Origin: a virus
UHGV virus genome: UHGV-1374526
Direction: 5' to 3' (one strand)
DNA length: 64,000 bases
How positions within the stretch are numbered: the stretch's first letter is position 1; each line of letters opens with the position of its first letter. The position numbers were made by a program, and so were the translations under genes. The notes under the pieces were generated by a model, which was not told the origin of the DNA, did no database searches, and worked only from the letters and a program-made list of their open reading frames with translations. Below are positions 48,142-57,554 of this stretch, piece after piece.

Positions 48142-48747
48142 ATGCCCTCTTTTCGTATAGTACCCAATCATATCATGGCCACCCCTCCGGGAGGCTGGAA
48201 GTTTATTGTCCCTGAATCCATGAGTGTCAGGCTCAAGGGAACCAAGGTTTCCGCGGGTTCACTGGAACAACTCCGCAAGGCGGTCGCCCGTCTCTTCATG
48301 AATAACGGAGAACCCTTTCAGGTTGCGCTCTTTGAATCAGAGCTTTGCGCTTCTCTCCCTCCCCAGTACTGCACCACCTGCGGTGATAAGGGAATTGAAT
48401 GGAAGGAGTATGAACCCATGAGTGCCAAGAAGATATTGGCCTTCTTCGGTACTATGGTTCTCTGGTATCGACGGGGACACAGGTTTGTAGACGAGGCAGA
48501 AGCTCGCCGCCGCTATGCTATCTGCGCCTCCTGTCCGTATGCTACCTCTACGCCTCCCCCGGATTTAGAGAAGCAAGGGTGCGCCACATGTGGAGCCGAA
48601 GGAGCTGGCCGCAAATTCCTCAAGGAAAAAATCTCCGGGCTTGCGGACCTGACCAACGGGAAGGCCCCTCTCTATTGTACCTTATGTGGTTGCGACCTAT
48701 CAGTAAAGGCTCACTTCGATATTGAATCTGACTGCTGGCTAAAATAG
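48142..48747 (+). CDS. Cys-rich (zinc-binding) protein
   Basis: CTTCGD, CASCPY, CATCGAEG and CTLCGC clusters. Confidence 0.5.
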   Translation: MPSFRIVPNHIMATPPGGWKFIVPESMSVRLKGTKVSAGSLEQLRKAVARLFMNNGEPFQVALFESELCASLPPQYCTTCGDKGIEWKEYEPMSAKKILAFFGTMVLWYRRGHRFVDEAEARRRYAICASCPYATSTPPPDLEKQGCATCGAEGAGRKFLKEKISGLADLTNGKAPLYCTLCGCDLSVKAHFDIESDCWLK

Positions 48748-48787
48748 TCCTTGACATTATTTCAAGTTGATACATACTTCCCTCCGT

Positions 48788-49147
48788 ATGAACTCAATAT
48801 TCACAGCAGAAGAAGCTAGCAAGCTCCCCCTGTATAAGGGATGCACGGTGTTCATTAACGTACATTGCGGTGGCATGCCCACAGTGAGAGCCGTTGAAGT
48901 ATCTGATGTCGCCTTCGAATGTTTCGTTTCTCGTGTCAGAATCGAATACATCAACCACCGATTCAGAACCACAGATAATGGCTATCTCAACCACACTGTC
49001 TTCCTCACCTATCAGGACGCGGCCAAGCATGCGTGCCACGATTACGTCGAAGAGATAGAGAGGCTCGAACAACTACTCGAAACCAAAAAGAAAAAGCTCG
49101 CCGAACTGATGGCGAGCATTGAGAAAAACGAAGTTCCTGTCAGTTAG
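48788..49147 (+). CDS. hypothetical protein with coiled-coil C-terminus
   Basis: The ORF-track start at 48767 is a TTG. The first ATG at 48788 follows the putative promoter at 48751-48779. Confidence 0.4.
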   Translation: MNSIFTAEEASKLPLYKGCTVFINVHCGGMPTVRAVEVSDVAFECFVSRVRIEYINHRFRTTDNGYLNHTVFLTYQDAAKHACHDYVEEIERLEQLLETKKKKLAELMASIEKNEVPVS

Positions 49148-49233
49148 GTATTGACATCATAGGTACTGCATGGTATAAAGAATCCACAACGACATCATTC
49201 TGTTTGGACTGTAAGTTGTTTGGGTTCTAAGCG

Positions 49234-49272
49234 AAAACCCCGGAAGGAAATATCTTCCGGGGTTTTTGTTTT
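49234..49272. terminator. bidirectional intrinsic terminator between convergent gene blocks
   Basis: aaaa-ccccggaag-gaaatat-cttccgggg-tttttgtttt. A-run and T-run on either side. Confidence 0.65.
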
Positions 49273-49777
49273 AGTTCTGTTTCGCTTCGAGGGATTCTAT
49301 TAGCTGGGTAATCTCTCCGATACATCGTTGCAATTCCGATGCGGGGTTTACCTCAACCAACTTATCATGCGCCCAGATATAGAAGAGCCGTACCAGAATG
49401 GAATCTTCGGGGCTACGTTGGTAGCTATGGCTCATGACTGTACGCCTGAACTGTTCAAGGATAAGGTAAAGGTCAAACGTTTCGAACACCTTGGACCAGT
49501 GCTTAGCGTGGTACTCCAAATACCATCGTGCTTTCTTGAGGTCTTCAATACGGTTCTTCTTGTACTGTGACCGCATCAAATACTTGACGGCGTTCCCTAA
49601 TGCGAAGGGAAGCTTGCCAGTAATTTCTATGGTCTCGATTCCGCTGGGGTGGGAGGTGTAATGCTTCGGGTGGTTGACGGCATCGTTCATGGATTCCTTT
49701 CCTTCCGGCAGGTCGGGGAAAGCCTGTGAGTTTACCTTGGTTGAAACGATTGCGTTGATTGCTTCGTGAGCGTGCAT
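49271..49777 (-). CDS. DUF3310-like protein (tentative)
   Basis: AVNHPKHYTS resembles the HPxHY signature I associate with DUF3310. Confidence 0.35.
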   Translation of the reverse strand: MHAHEAINAIVSTKVNSQAFPDLPEGKESMNDAVNHPKHYTSHPSGIETIEITGKLPFALGNAVKYLMRSQYKKNRIEDLKKARWYLEYHAKHWSKVFETFDLYLILEQFRRTVMSHSYQRSPEDSILVRLFYIWAHDKLVEVNPASELQRCIGEITQLIESLEAKQN

Positions 49778-49778
49778 A

Positions 49779-50384
49779 CTATTTGGTGAGGTGCTTGTAA
49801 ATTTGTTTGTTGATATATTTGCGAATAGACATCTTGGCTATGACGAAGAGGCGGGGAGAGGGTAGAGTTAAACATCCCTCTTTGACTGTCCACTTCCTTG
49901 TAATTCTCCGTGCGAACTTGTACGCCTTCCTGCATATTTCCAGAGCCGCAGAGGAACTTCCAACAAGAGCCACGGGGACTTCACCTTTGATGAAATAGCC
50001 ATGAAATTTAAACTGGAAGAAAAAGGAGTTGTCCTCCTTAATCCAGCTAGGGGTTTCATCTGGGGTAGTTTCTCCAACTGCACCTATGGAAAGTTTACTG
50101 GACGCAAGGATGCGACCATAGGTTAGTTGTTCCTCGGTCAGTTGTTTCTTCGACCGGAGAGAGGCATGGATAAGTTGCTTATGTTCAGGCATGATGCGAG
50201 ACCGAAGCTTGTTAGCTTTTGTCTCCCTCAAGAACTTCCTTTGCTCCGCGGGACTATCTCGATACCAGTAAAATTTGTCTCCGTATTTCTTGCACTTGAA
50301 CTTTCCTCTTCGACGCTTCGCAGTTGGGGCTTTCATGTTAGCCGCCATCTGTTCCCGATACTTCTTGAGACTTATTTTGCCCAT
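49779..50384 (-). CDS. hypothetical basic protein
   Basis: 201 aa, Lys/Arg-rich N-terminus. Confidence 0.45.
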   Translation of the reverse strand: MGKISLKKYREQMAANMKAPTAKRRRGKFKCKKYGDKFYWYRDSPAEQRKFLRETKANKLRSRIMPEHKQLIHASLRSKKQLTEEQLTYGRILASSKLSIGAVGETTPDETPSWIKEDNSFFFQFKFHGYFIKGEVPVALVGSSSAALEICRKAYKFARRITRKWTVKEGCLTLPSPRLFVIAKMSIRKYINKQIYKHLTK

Positions 50385-51043
50385 AGTTCTGGAACGGAAT
50401 GAAGTCGGTTAGCATTAACGGGGATGTCCTTGAATGCCCATGCGAGGTCGTACTTCAATTCCATCTTTTGCCGGAGGGCCAGAAGGAGCGCACGGATTTG
50501 CGGTTGGGCCGCGCCGTCCAATCGCATACGGAAGATGTGCCTCCACTCGCGGAGGTTAGCAGTCACGCCAATCACCGTAGCCGTACAGTTCGGAAGCAAT
50601 CCCCGCGCTTCTTCGGGAGGCAGTCCTCCTTGGACAAGTTCCACGTACTTCTCCGCAAGGTTCTGGCAGGTATTCTTAAACTCTTCAATGGTCTTCGGGT
50701 CAACCTTCTCGTCGCTAAAGAACTGCGGACGGACGAAGCAAATGATTCCCTTCCGGGAGTAGTTGACAAACCTCTGGCTCTCCATGCTGACGCTCATGTG
50801 ACGATGACGGACAAGCTGATGTGTCACCGCTCTATCCGTCGAGAGGACTGCCGGGATGTTGATATGCTCGATGACACTTTCATGTCCGCGGTTAATGATA
50901 CGGGAGAGAAACGCAATGGGGTCGCCCTTCGGTTCGCTTTTATAGCAGACACGGCCCATTATCTCTGCGGCCTCAACCTGTTTATCTATTACTGATTTAG
51001 TTAGCGGAAGTGTGACTTCCTGATTTATCCATAGAACGTTCAT
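50372..51043 (-). CDS. thyX: flavin-dependent thymidylate synthase ThyX
   Basis: RHRHMSVSMESQRF matches the ThyX RHRx7S motif. N-terminus MNVLWINQEVTL...AAEIMGRVCYKSE matches the ThyX start, so the start is trimmed from the ORF-track 51199. Confidence 0.7.
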   Translation of the reverse strand: MNVLWINQEVTLPLTKSVIDKQVEAAEIMGRVCYKSEPKGDPIAFLSRIINRGHESVIEHINIPAVLSTDRAVTHQLVRHRHMSVSMESQRFVNYSRKGIICFVRPQFFSDEKVDPKTIEEFKNTCQNLAEKYVELVQGGLPPEEARGLLPNCTATVIGVTANLREWRHIFRMRLDGAAQPQIRALLLALRQKMELKYDLAWAFKDIPVNANRLHSVPELWAK

Positions 51044-51317
51044 GAATGATATGTTTGGCTTTGTAGTTTGCGAGTTCAAGAGTGGGGAATGTCCATCCAT
51101 ACTGGCCCCACTCACTGGTGCTGGGGAGGTATTCATCTCCGGCTTTAACCTTGATGAAATCATTGTCCGCTTTGTGCTGACGGATGATGACAACCTCATA
51201 ATTGTTTACCTTCCCGCTTCCTTTATGGGTTAGCTCATAGATGGCAACGCCAGCCTCACGGAAAATGAGGCGACAGGTGAAGGGGTTGCGTGTAAATTCG
51301 TTAGGAATTTTTTTCAT
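50997..51317 (-). CDS. hypothetical protein
   Basis: 106-aa ORF overlapping the ThyX start. Confidence 0.35.
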   Translation of the reverse strand: MKKIPNEFTRNPFTCRLIFREAGVAIYELTHKGSGKVNNYEVVIIRQHKADNDFIKVKAGDEYLPSTSEWGQYGWTFPTLELANYKAKHIIHERSMDKSGSHTSAN

Positions 51318-53271
51318 TTGTAATTGAAGGGTTAATCATTTGCATGAATTCTTCTTCTGTAATTGAAGGAATCTTGTGGAGCCTCGCAATCTTTTGCTTG
51401 TGCTCCCCCGGTTCCTTACCGACAACAAGGTAGTTGGTCTTCCTTGACACGTTCTCCTTGACCGTGCCTCCCATGTCCTGAACGAGCAGGTTATATACAT
51501 GGCGAGGCTGGGACAGGGTTCCCGTGATGACGAAGTTTACTCCCCGCAACGCGGTGCTCTTGGGAACATTGCCCTCGGCATTGGGAATATCTCCTGTCAT
51601 AACCATTGCCGTCATCTCGTTCCACGTTGGCACGGTCTCCATGTAATTCAGAATTGCCTCGGTCATCAGGGGGCCGAACTCCGCATGACGCTTGTTCCTT
51701 AAATCTTCGGGGAAGAGAGTGAGGAAAGAGTAGAGATTGGGGTAAGCATAGGAGAGACTTTCCGCACGGGTGCAACCGACATGGGGAATCTCCATCGCAG
51801 TAATCCATTGAGCAAGGGTTGCATGGTGCTTCCGTTCCTCCACGATTTCAAGGAATCCTCTGTACCCTTGGGTTCCGGGGATTCCGTTGATGAGATTGTC
51901 CATCGTGCCGGACATGAGAAGCAGGAACGGGTGATGGAGGTAAGCAGTTTCTGCGGTCGGAGGCTCTACATCATTCTCCCCGGCGAGCAGTTTGTCTGCA
52001 ATCATACGTGAGAATACAAGTCCCATGCCATCAATGTCCAGTGCATTCTTACCGCATGCGTATTCCAGCTTGGCCGCTACCTTATCCCTGCACAACGGAT
52101 TGGTACAGAAGATGTTGAGGTCACTAGAGGATAACGTGGAGCCGCAACAGGGACAGGTCAGAGGGACAACGGAAACCGTATTGCCACAGCCGCGGACCCT
52201 ACGAACGTAGGGAATAATCTCCCCTGCCTTAATCACCTCCACGGTATCACCAATGTGGAAGGAGGCCGCATTAGCCACGTTGGAGAGGGTGGCACGGGAA
52301 ACGTTGGTTCCACCAATCTTCACCGTATCGAAGACAGCAACCGGGGTAAGAACTCCGGTTCTGCCTACTTGCCAAATGACATCTCGGAGGGTAGTTTCAA
52401 CTCCCTGCGGGTTGAACTTAAAGGCTACCGCGTCCTTCGGGTGATGGGCGGTAGCCTCTCCCGCATGGATTATAGCATTCTTCTGGTTCAACTTAAACAC
52501 AATACCATCAGTGGGATAGGCATTGTCGTCGCGCAGGTACTTGGCCATGTCCCGGATGTATTCATCCGTCAGAGCTTCACCTTCTGGCCATTCATTGGGG
52601 AGGGTTACGAGGTCAAACATTTCCATCAGCCACCCATGCAGTTCCATGCGGGATTCAACACCCTCCGGGAAGGGACTTGCATCGAACGGGATGAAGGTAA
52701 TGAGCCAGTCAGACCACTTGAGCTTATTGTTGCGGAGTTGACCAACGGCACAGGCGCGGAGGTTGGAGTACCCCATGCTTTCCACCCGCCCCTCTTCGCT
52801 CTTAGCTACGACCACTTCCCCACGGATAGCTCCCGTGTAATTGCCATAACTTGGCGGGACCATGTAGAGAACCTTATCAAGGGGGATTACTTCCCCCTCG
52901 GTTCCGTTGCCACGGGTAACGGCCTTGACGAGCCGCCCCTTTTCAATGTACAGGACGAGGGTGAGGCCGTCATACTTTGGTTCAACCACGACGTCACGTC
53001 CGGCAATCCAGCCGCGAAGCTGGTCCATACCAATGCCGTCCTTGCCCTCATGAATCTTGGCAAGGGAGAGCACGGGATTAGGATGCCGGAAGGTCTTGGC
53101 TCCCCGTTGTACGTCGTCCCCAAGACTATCGAGTTCCTTGGATTCCGGGGAACGGGAACGCAGTTCTTCAACCAGCGTATCGTAAACCGTGTCAGGGAGA
53201 AGGGTTTTCCCCTCTTTGTAGTAGGAGCTATTGAAGATAGCAATCACTTCTTCCAACTCCATCACGCTCAT
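51301..53271 (-). CDS. ligA: NAD-dependent DNA ligase LigA
   Basis: Adenylation motif EPKYDGLTL (KxDG). Cys4 zinc finger CPCCGS...C...C. C-terminal BRCT-like region. N-terminus SYYKEGKTLLPDTVYDTLVEELR is typical of LigA, so the start is placed at M26 of the ORF-track sequence (53271) to match the LigA N-terminus. Confidence 0.8.
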   Translation of the reverse strand: MSVMELEEVIAIFNSSYYKEGKTLLPDTVYDTLVEELRSRSPESKELDSLGDDVQRGAKTFRHPNPVLSLAKIHEGKDGIGMDQLRGWIAGRDVVVEPKYDGLTLVLYIEKGRLVKAVTRGNGTEGEVIPLDKVLYMVPPSYGNYTGAIRGEVVVAKSEEGRVESMGYSNLRACAVGQLRNNKLKWSDWLITFIPFDASPFPEGVESRMELHGWLMEMFDLVTLPNEWPEGEALTDEYIRDMAKYLRDDNAYPTDGIVFKLNQKNAIIHAGEATAHHPKDAVAFKFNPQGVETTLRDVIWQVGRTGVLTPVAVFDTVKIGGTNVSRATLSNVANAASFHIGDTVEVIKAGEIIPYVRRVRGCGNTVSVVPLTCPCCGSTLSSSDLNIFCTNPLCRDKVAAKLEYACGKNALDIDGMGLVFSRMIADKLLAGENDVEPPTAETAYLHHPFLLLMSGTMDNLINGIPGTQGYRGFLEIVEERKHHATLAQWITAMEIPHVGCTRAESLSYAYPNLYSFLTLFPEDLRNKRHAEFGPLMTEAILNYMETVPTWNEMTAMVMTGDIPNAEGNVPKSTALRGVNFVITGTLSQPRHVYNLLVQDMGGTVKENVSRKTNYLVVGKEPGEHKQKIARLHKIPSITEEEFMQMINPSITNEKNS

Positions 53272-53281
53272 GTTTTTAGGA

Positions 53282-53533
53282 TTACCTATCTCCATTGTCG
53301 TCTTCCTTTCTGACTGGAATAATACCTTCACTAATGAGATTGTCAAGTTCTTTCTCTACTATCTTGTGACAATCTGAAGGAGGCATAAGTACAAACTCCA
53401 ATAAGGTAACATACTCCATCCTCAAAGGGACTGTGTTATACTCGCTAGCTTTCTTCACTAAATTCTTACAGATTGTCCGAATAATTTTCCGTACAAGTTT
53501 ACGATATTTCTCCTGTTCTCTAGTCATTTCCAT
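53282..53533 (-). CDS. hypothetical small protein
   Basis: Start trimmed to avoid a 53-nt overlap. Confidence 0.35.
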   Translation of the reverse strand: MEMTREQEKYRKLVRKIIRTICKNLVKKASEYNTVPLRMEYVTLLEFVLMPPSDCHKIVEKELDNLISEGIIPVRKEDDNGDR

Positions 53534-53537
53534 TGCT

Positions 53538-54137
53538 TTATGCTTCGTGGGGCAGAATAATTTTACGGGTGTTAGCTTCCTTCTCGGCAAGCTCCGACTT
53601 ATCTACGAAGGTAAGAGTGGATTGTTCCAATAGGTTCATGGAAATTACATTGCTCGCCACGGAGAAGAGACGGAATGCGGAGATGCCTCCCTTCTCTTCA
53701 TCAATGCGGTCCGGGTCGTTCTGACTGGCATACGCTACCAAGAGGTGAATGGCCATGAAGAGGACGAGTGCCTTAATCATGACGTGGGAATCTGTAAAGA
53801 TATTGCACGCCTTGCCGGGGTTCTCAAGCTCCTGCATAAAGGCAATGTATTCCTTTACAGTGACGAGGTTCTCGGCGACTTCTGCCATGATGAACTGAAC
53901 TCCCGCCAACGGCGGGGGTTCAATATCAAAGATGTTGGAGGCGTAGTCCCCCAGTTCAAGAGCCTTCTCGGCAACCGCCTCCGCGGGCGCGTCGATGGGC
54001 AGGTTGAAGGCAGGGACTGCATCCCACTCCCGTTGCAGTCTTTCCTTCAACATGATAGACTTCGGTTCGGTGAGAATGCGGGCTACCTCTTCCTGAATAT
54101 TATCAAGGCTCAATTCGTTTGGTTCTGTGGTATTCAT
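53538..54137 (-). CDS. hypothetical protein
   Basis: 199 aa. Own promoter at 54145-54174. Confidence 0.45.
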   Translation of the reverse strand: MNTTEPNELSLDNIQEEVARILTEPKSIMLKERLQREWDAVPAFNLPIDAPAEAVAEKALELGDYASNIFDIEPPPLAGVQFIMAEVAENLVTVKEYIAFMQELENPGKACNIFTDSHVMIKALVLFMAIHLLVAYASQNDPDRIDEEKGGISAFRLFSVASNVISMNLLEQSTLTFVDKSELAEKEANTRKIILPHEA

Positions 54138-54144
54138 GTGGGGA

Positions 54145-54174
54145 TAATAGTATCTGGGTTTTATTACTTGTCAA
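54145..54174 (-). promoter_or_regulatory. leftward sigma70-like promoter (TTGACA-16-TACTAT)
   Basis: Read on the minus strand. The -10 ends 9 nt before the ATG at 54137. Confidence 0.4.
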
Positions 54175-54700
54175 GCTCTTTCTTTTCGTCTTTATCTATT
54201 TCATTCAGAAGATTGCAGAGACGTTCCATTTCGGTTGTTCCCTCACATGAAGGGTTGACACGTAAGGACTGGTTCTTCTTGAAGTCCCAAATAGCTCCGT
54301 CGATAACTCTGAACCGATAATGCAGGTCGATTGGCCTGATGAGAAGAAGAGAGGCAGGGGTTACTGCTTTGATAGTTCCTGTACATTTATCCTTAATACC
54401 GACAAGAACGGAATCCTTCTCGTCCTCCATTACAGTCCATTTACCTATATGTTCTCTACAAATTACCTCGTCCCCCTCCTTAAACTTCCGAAGAGGTGTA
54501 GGGTAACATTTGATTGCTTCTTCATGACGGACAACCCCCTCACCCAGAGGGAAAGCATTTAAGACTTTGTATCTGTAGAAGTTCGGGGAAAGCTCGACTA
54601 CTCTCCCCACGTAATACTCTCCACCCAGTTCTCTGACAATGTAGTCACCGGGGTTAATGTCCTCGTCGATATATCTTTGATAGTCTTTGGGTTCTAACAT
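54164..54700 (-). CDS. hypothetical protein
   Basis: 178-aa ORF. Confidence 0.45.
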   Translation of the reverse strand: MLEPKDYQRYIDEDINPGDYIVRELGGEYYVGRVVELSPNFYRYKVLNAFPLGEGVVRHEEAIKCYPTPLRKFKEGDEVICREHIGKWTVMEDEKDSVLVGIKDKCTGTIKAVTPASLLLIRPIDLHYRFRVIDGAIWDFKKNQSLRVNPSCEGTTEMERLCNLLNEIDKDEKKELDK

Positions 54701-54814
54701 ATTCTTGATAGTAGTGGTTATAACTTTTTGGATTTCGTTCGTATTCTTTTTTCTGTTCCTCCATTATCTCCCGAGTTAAACGGGAAACCCGAAGGAGTGC
54801 AAGAAATTGTTGGG

Positions 54815-55390
54815 TTAAACTCTTAGATTGCATTGGAAGGAATCTTTGTGGAGCGAGAGGATTTCATCCTTAGATAGCGTGCTCATGTTAAGCACCATGT
54901 GGTCAGGCGTCATGGACAGAATCTCCGCACCCGGCTCCGTAGGAAATATACAACCCAATTTAACGGAGCGGGCAAGAGATGGGCGGGCCTTAAACATAGC
55001 GTCGTAAAGGGTTTTGCTATACCTAACGGCGTAAAAATTATGGTAGGAAAATAGGGTCGCATAATCATGGTTTTCTCCGCGCTTCACCTTATGGTAGTTG
55101 AGACGAATGATGCGCACCGTTCTATCCTCATAGGCATTTGGGTCGTAGAGTGTCCTAACCGCAAAGAAGATGCCTGACGTGAATACCTCCCCAATACCGA
55201 AGGATTCAATCTGGAATTTGGTCTGTTCAGATTGGAGAATATTATCCTCCGGGTTCCGGGGAATATAGAACTCTCCCTTGACATGGGCAGGAAGAACCAT
55301 AGGGCTTCCAAGTTTTCCGGTACGACCATTATTATCCCGTGCCCAAGAATGAAGGAGCATGATTTGTTGAGCGAGTGCGATAGGTTTCAT
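54815..55390 (-). CDS. hypothetical protein
   Basis: Start moved to MKPIALAQ (55390), which sits about 25 nt downstream of a TTAGAAACCTCA motif. The ORF-track start at 55498 would overlap the next gene. Confidence 0.45.
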   Translation of the reverse strand: MKPIALAQQIMLLHSWARDNNGRTGKLGSPMVLPAHVKGEFYIPRNPEDNILQSEQTKFQIESFGIGEVFTSGIFFAVRTLYDPNAYEDRTVRIIRLNYHKVKRGENHDYATLFSYHNFYAVRYSKTLYDAMFKARPSLARSVKLGCIFPTEPGAEILSMTPDHMVLNMSTLSKDEILSLHKDSFQCNLRV

Positions 55391-55424
55391 ATCTGTTTTG
55401 TTTTTGTAGAGCGATGTGAGGTTT

Positions 55425-55778
55425 CTAAATATCCAGTTTCCAGCGAATAGTTGGGTAGCCGTCCTCACTGGATTCAAGGTAAAGGAAGATGCCGTCACGA
55501 GATATTACGAAGGTCACGCTATCTGGGACGTACCCGCACAGATAAATGTATATATCCTTGACAACCATAGAATAGGGCAACCTATAGGTTCGTATGGGGA
55601 AGATGTTTTCTCCAGTCTTTGATGATATTGTTTGTTGAAGACAAAGTAGCATCCGCTTTTTCCGACTAGATATTTTGAAGCTGATTGCAAGAGGGTCCTG
55701 CTCTTTCGGCTTATCGGGGTACGGCTTCCTTCCAGTTGTGGTTTCTGCTTGGCTAAGTATTAGGTCAAAATTCTCCAT
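55425..55778 (-). CDS. hypothetical protein
   Basis: 117 aa, preceded by the TTAGAAACCTCA motif. Confidence 0.4.
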   Translation of the reverse strand: MENFDLILSQAETTTGRKPYPDKPKEQDPLAISFKISSRKKRMLLCLQQTISSKTGENIFPIRTYRLPYSMVVKDIYIYLCGYVPDSVTFVISRDGIFLYLESSEDGYPTIRWKLDI

Positions 55779-55809
55779 AATAATTTCTAGCGTGCTTTGA
55801 GGTTTCTAA

Positions 55810-56163
55810 TTAGAAGATAGGTCGAGTGAATCCCATGTCTTCAAGGCAACGGGCGAGGCGATTTGCTTCCAGCTGATGCCGCTTTAGGCGTCGGCGTATG
55901 ATGTCAATGCCCCATTCTACCAGTAGCTGGAAGACAAACCAGCCCGTGATGATGACGCACCATGTAAGGTACGATACGAGAAGTTCACCAGTGGCAAGGA
56001 GATAACCTAAACAAACCAGCGCACTTACGAGGGCAACAATGTCCACTACCGAGTGCAGGTGCTCCACGAGGCTCCACAAGGCATGAAGCCTATCGGCTCG
56101 CCCGATGTGGTGGAGACAGTTCTTGCGGAGGATGACGACGTTAGATTCTTTTTCGGATGTCAT
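55810..56163 (-). CDS. small membrane protein
   Basis: TM segments LVSALVCLGYLLATG and VIITGWFVFQLLVEWGIDII. Confidence 0.4.
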   Translation of the reverse strand: MTSEKESNVVILRKNCLHHIGRADRLHALWSLVEHLHSVVDIVALVSALVCLGYLLATGELLVSYLTWCVIITGWFVFQLLVEWGIDIIRRRLKRHQLEANRLARCLEDMGFTRPIF

Positions 56164-56193
56164 ACTATAGAGCTATGTGAGGTTTCTAAGGGT

Positions 56194-56799
56194 TCAACGG
56201 AGTACGAGCTTCACGGTTTCCAGATTCAATTCATCGTGCCATTTGTTGCTCGTAAACTTCACCATGCAGGGGAGGAAGAAACGTTCTGCCAGCTTGCGAA
56301 CCTTTATGGAGTTAAGTTTATTCATGGATTCCTTATCGGGTGTGAGGAATCGGAAGCGCATATAGGTGAGGCTACCGTCAACCATGAAGTCCACCGCCCC
56401 CGCTTCCTGCGCAATACGCAACCCCACTTCCTGCCAGTTCTGATTAACCACCGCAATAAAGTGCTTTGCCAGTTCTATAGCATCCCCTACAGTCATAGCC
56501 GCCGTTTCCGCAAGTTTCCACACCGTGCCATTCCACTTCAACTTGTGGAGCCGGACAATGCACGCACCATTGTGTGTGCGTTCCAGTTCGATTGCGTAGG
56601 GCCGCATGTACGGCTTAACATACACCGTGCCTTCTCCATCCCACTCGGAAGGCCTGTCTATCCTATGGGATATTACACCTGCCTTAAAAGAAAAGATTGC
56701 AGGTTGAAGTTTATTGATTTGATTTGTGAGTTTAAGCCATTCCGTGCGGGAAAGTTCATCACGTTTCCTGCCCTTAATATCAATGTCAAATGCAGTCAT
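56194..56799 (-). CDS. hypothetical protein
   Basis: 201-aa ORF. Confidence 0.45.
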   Translation of the reverse strand: MTAFDIDIKGRKRDELSRTEWLKLTNQINKLQPAIFSFKAGVISHRIDRPSEWDGEGTVYVKPYMRPYAIELERTHNGACIVRLHKLKWNGTVWKLAETAAMTVGDAIELAKHFIAVVNQNWQEVGLRIAQEAGAVDFMVDGSLTYMRFRFLTPDKESMNKLNSIKVRKLAERFFLPCMVKFTSNKWHDELNLETVKLVLR

Positions 56800-56860
56800 A
56801 ATTTTGTAGTGTTCTTTGTTGGTTCTAAGAGAAAAGATAATACTCTATCAGGTTTTTACT

Positions 56861-57190
56861 TTAGTATGTATGATACTGTCCTTCAAGGATATTTGCATAG
56901 GCTTCAACGCGTTCGGTAGATACGATATGAAAGCCGTTGCAACTTGCGAGCCGTTCCATATCCCGCATTTGCCGGGTAGTGGTTTGTGAATATTCTTTGG
57001 TCGTAATATACAGTACTTTACCTCGGCGGTCGACGGTGGCAACGTGCGTTTGATAGGAGAAAAGTCGGGTGCGCTTCCATGACATGGAGCGCAAACGCTC
57101 TCCGTATAATCCAGTCCGCAAGGGAGACTTGCCACTTTCTTTTCTGCCTTCAAGGTATTCCTTGCCTAATTTTTCAATGTAGGTTCTCAT
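56861..57190 (-). CDS. hypothetical protein
   Basis: 109-aa ORF. Confidence 0.4.
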   Translation of the reverse strand: MRTYIEKLGKEYLEGRKESGKSPLRTGLYGERLRSMSWKRTRLFSYQTHVATVDRRGKVLYITTKEYSQTTTRQMRDMERLASCNGFHIVSTERVEAYANILEGQYHTY

Positions 57191-57227
57191 GGTGTTTTAT
57201 TGTTTAGGTTTTCAGTTGTATGATAAA

Positions 57228-57554
57228 TTAGAGCGGCCAAGAAATAGTTTCCGGGGAATCAGAAAGGGCAAGTACAAAGTCAGTTTCAAACTGTCTTATC
57301 ACAATGTACCCTTGTTCCGGCGTATATCCTTTAAGTTCTCCCAGAATGTACCAAGAATCCAGCCTGATTTTAATCTCACTTCCCCGGGGTAGGGTGGGAA
57401 GTAGCTTCCTTGCTTTTTCGATTCCCTTGCATACCCTATCCGTAACGGTAAGCATGAGGGCGGTATCTTCCTTCCAGTTATGGGGCAAGATTGTCATCTT
57501 GTCAGGGTCTGATACGTCCATTTCGTCATAGTCTAATTTTAGTATTTCTTTCAT
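57228..57554 (-). CDS. hypothetical protein
   Basis: 108-aa ORF. Confidence 0.45.
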   Translation of the reverse strand: MKEILKLDYDEMDVSDPDKMTILPHNWKEDTALMLTVTDRVCKGIEKARKLLPTLPRGSEIKIRLDSWYILGELKGYTPEQGYIVIRQFETDFVLALSDSPETISWPL

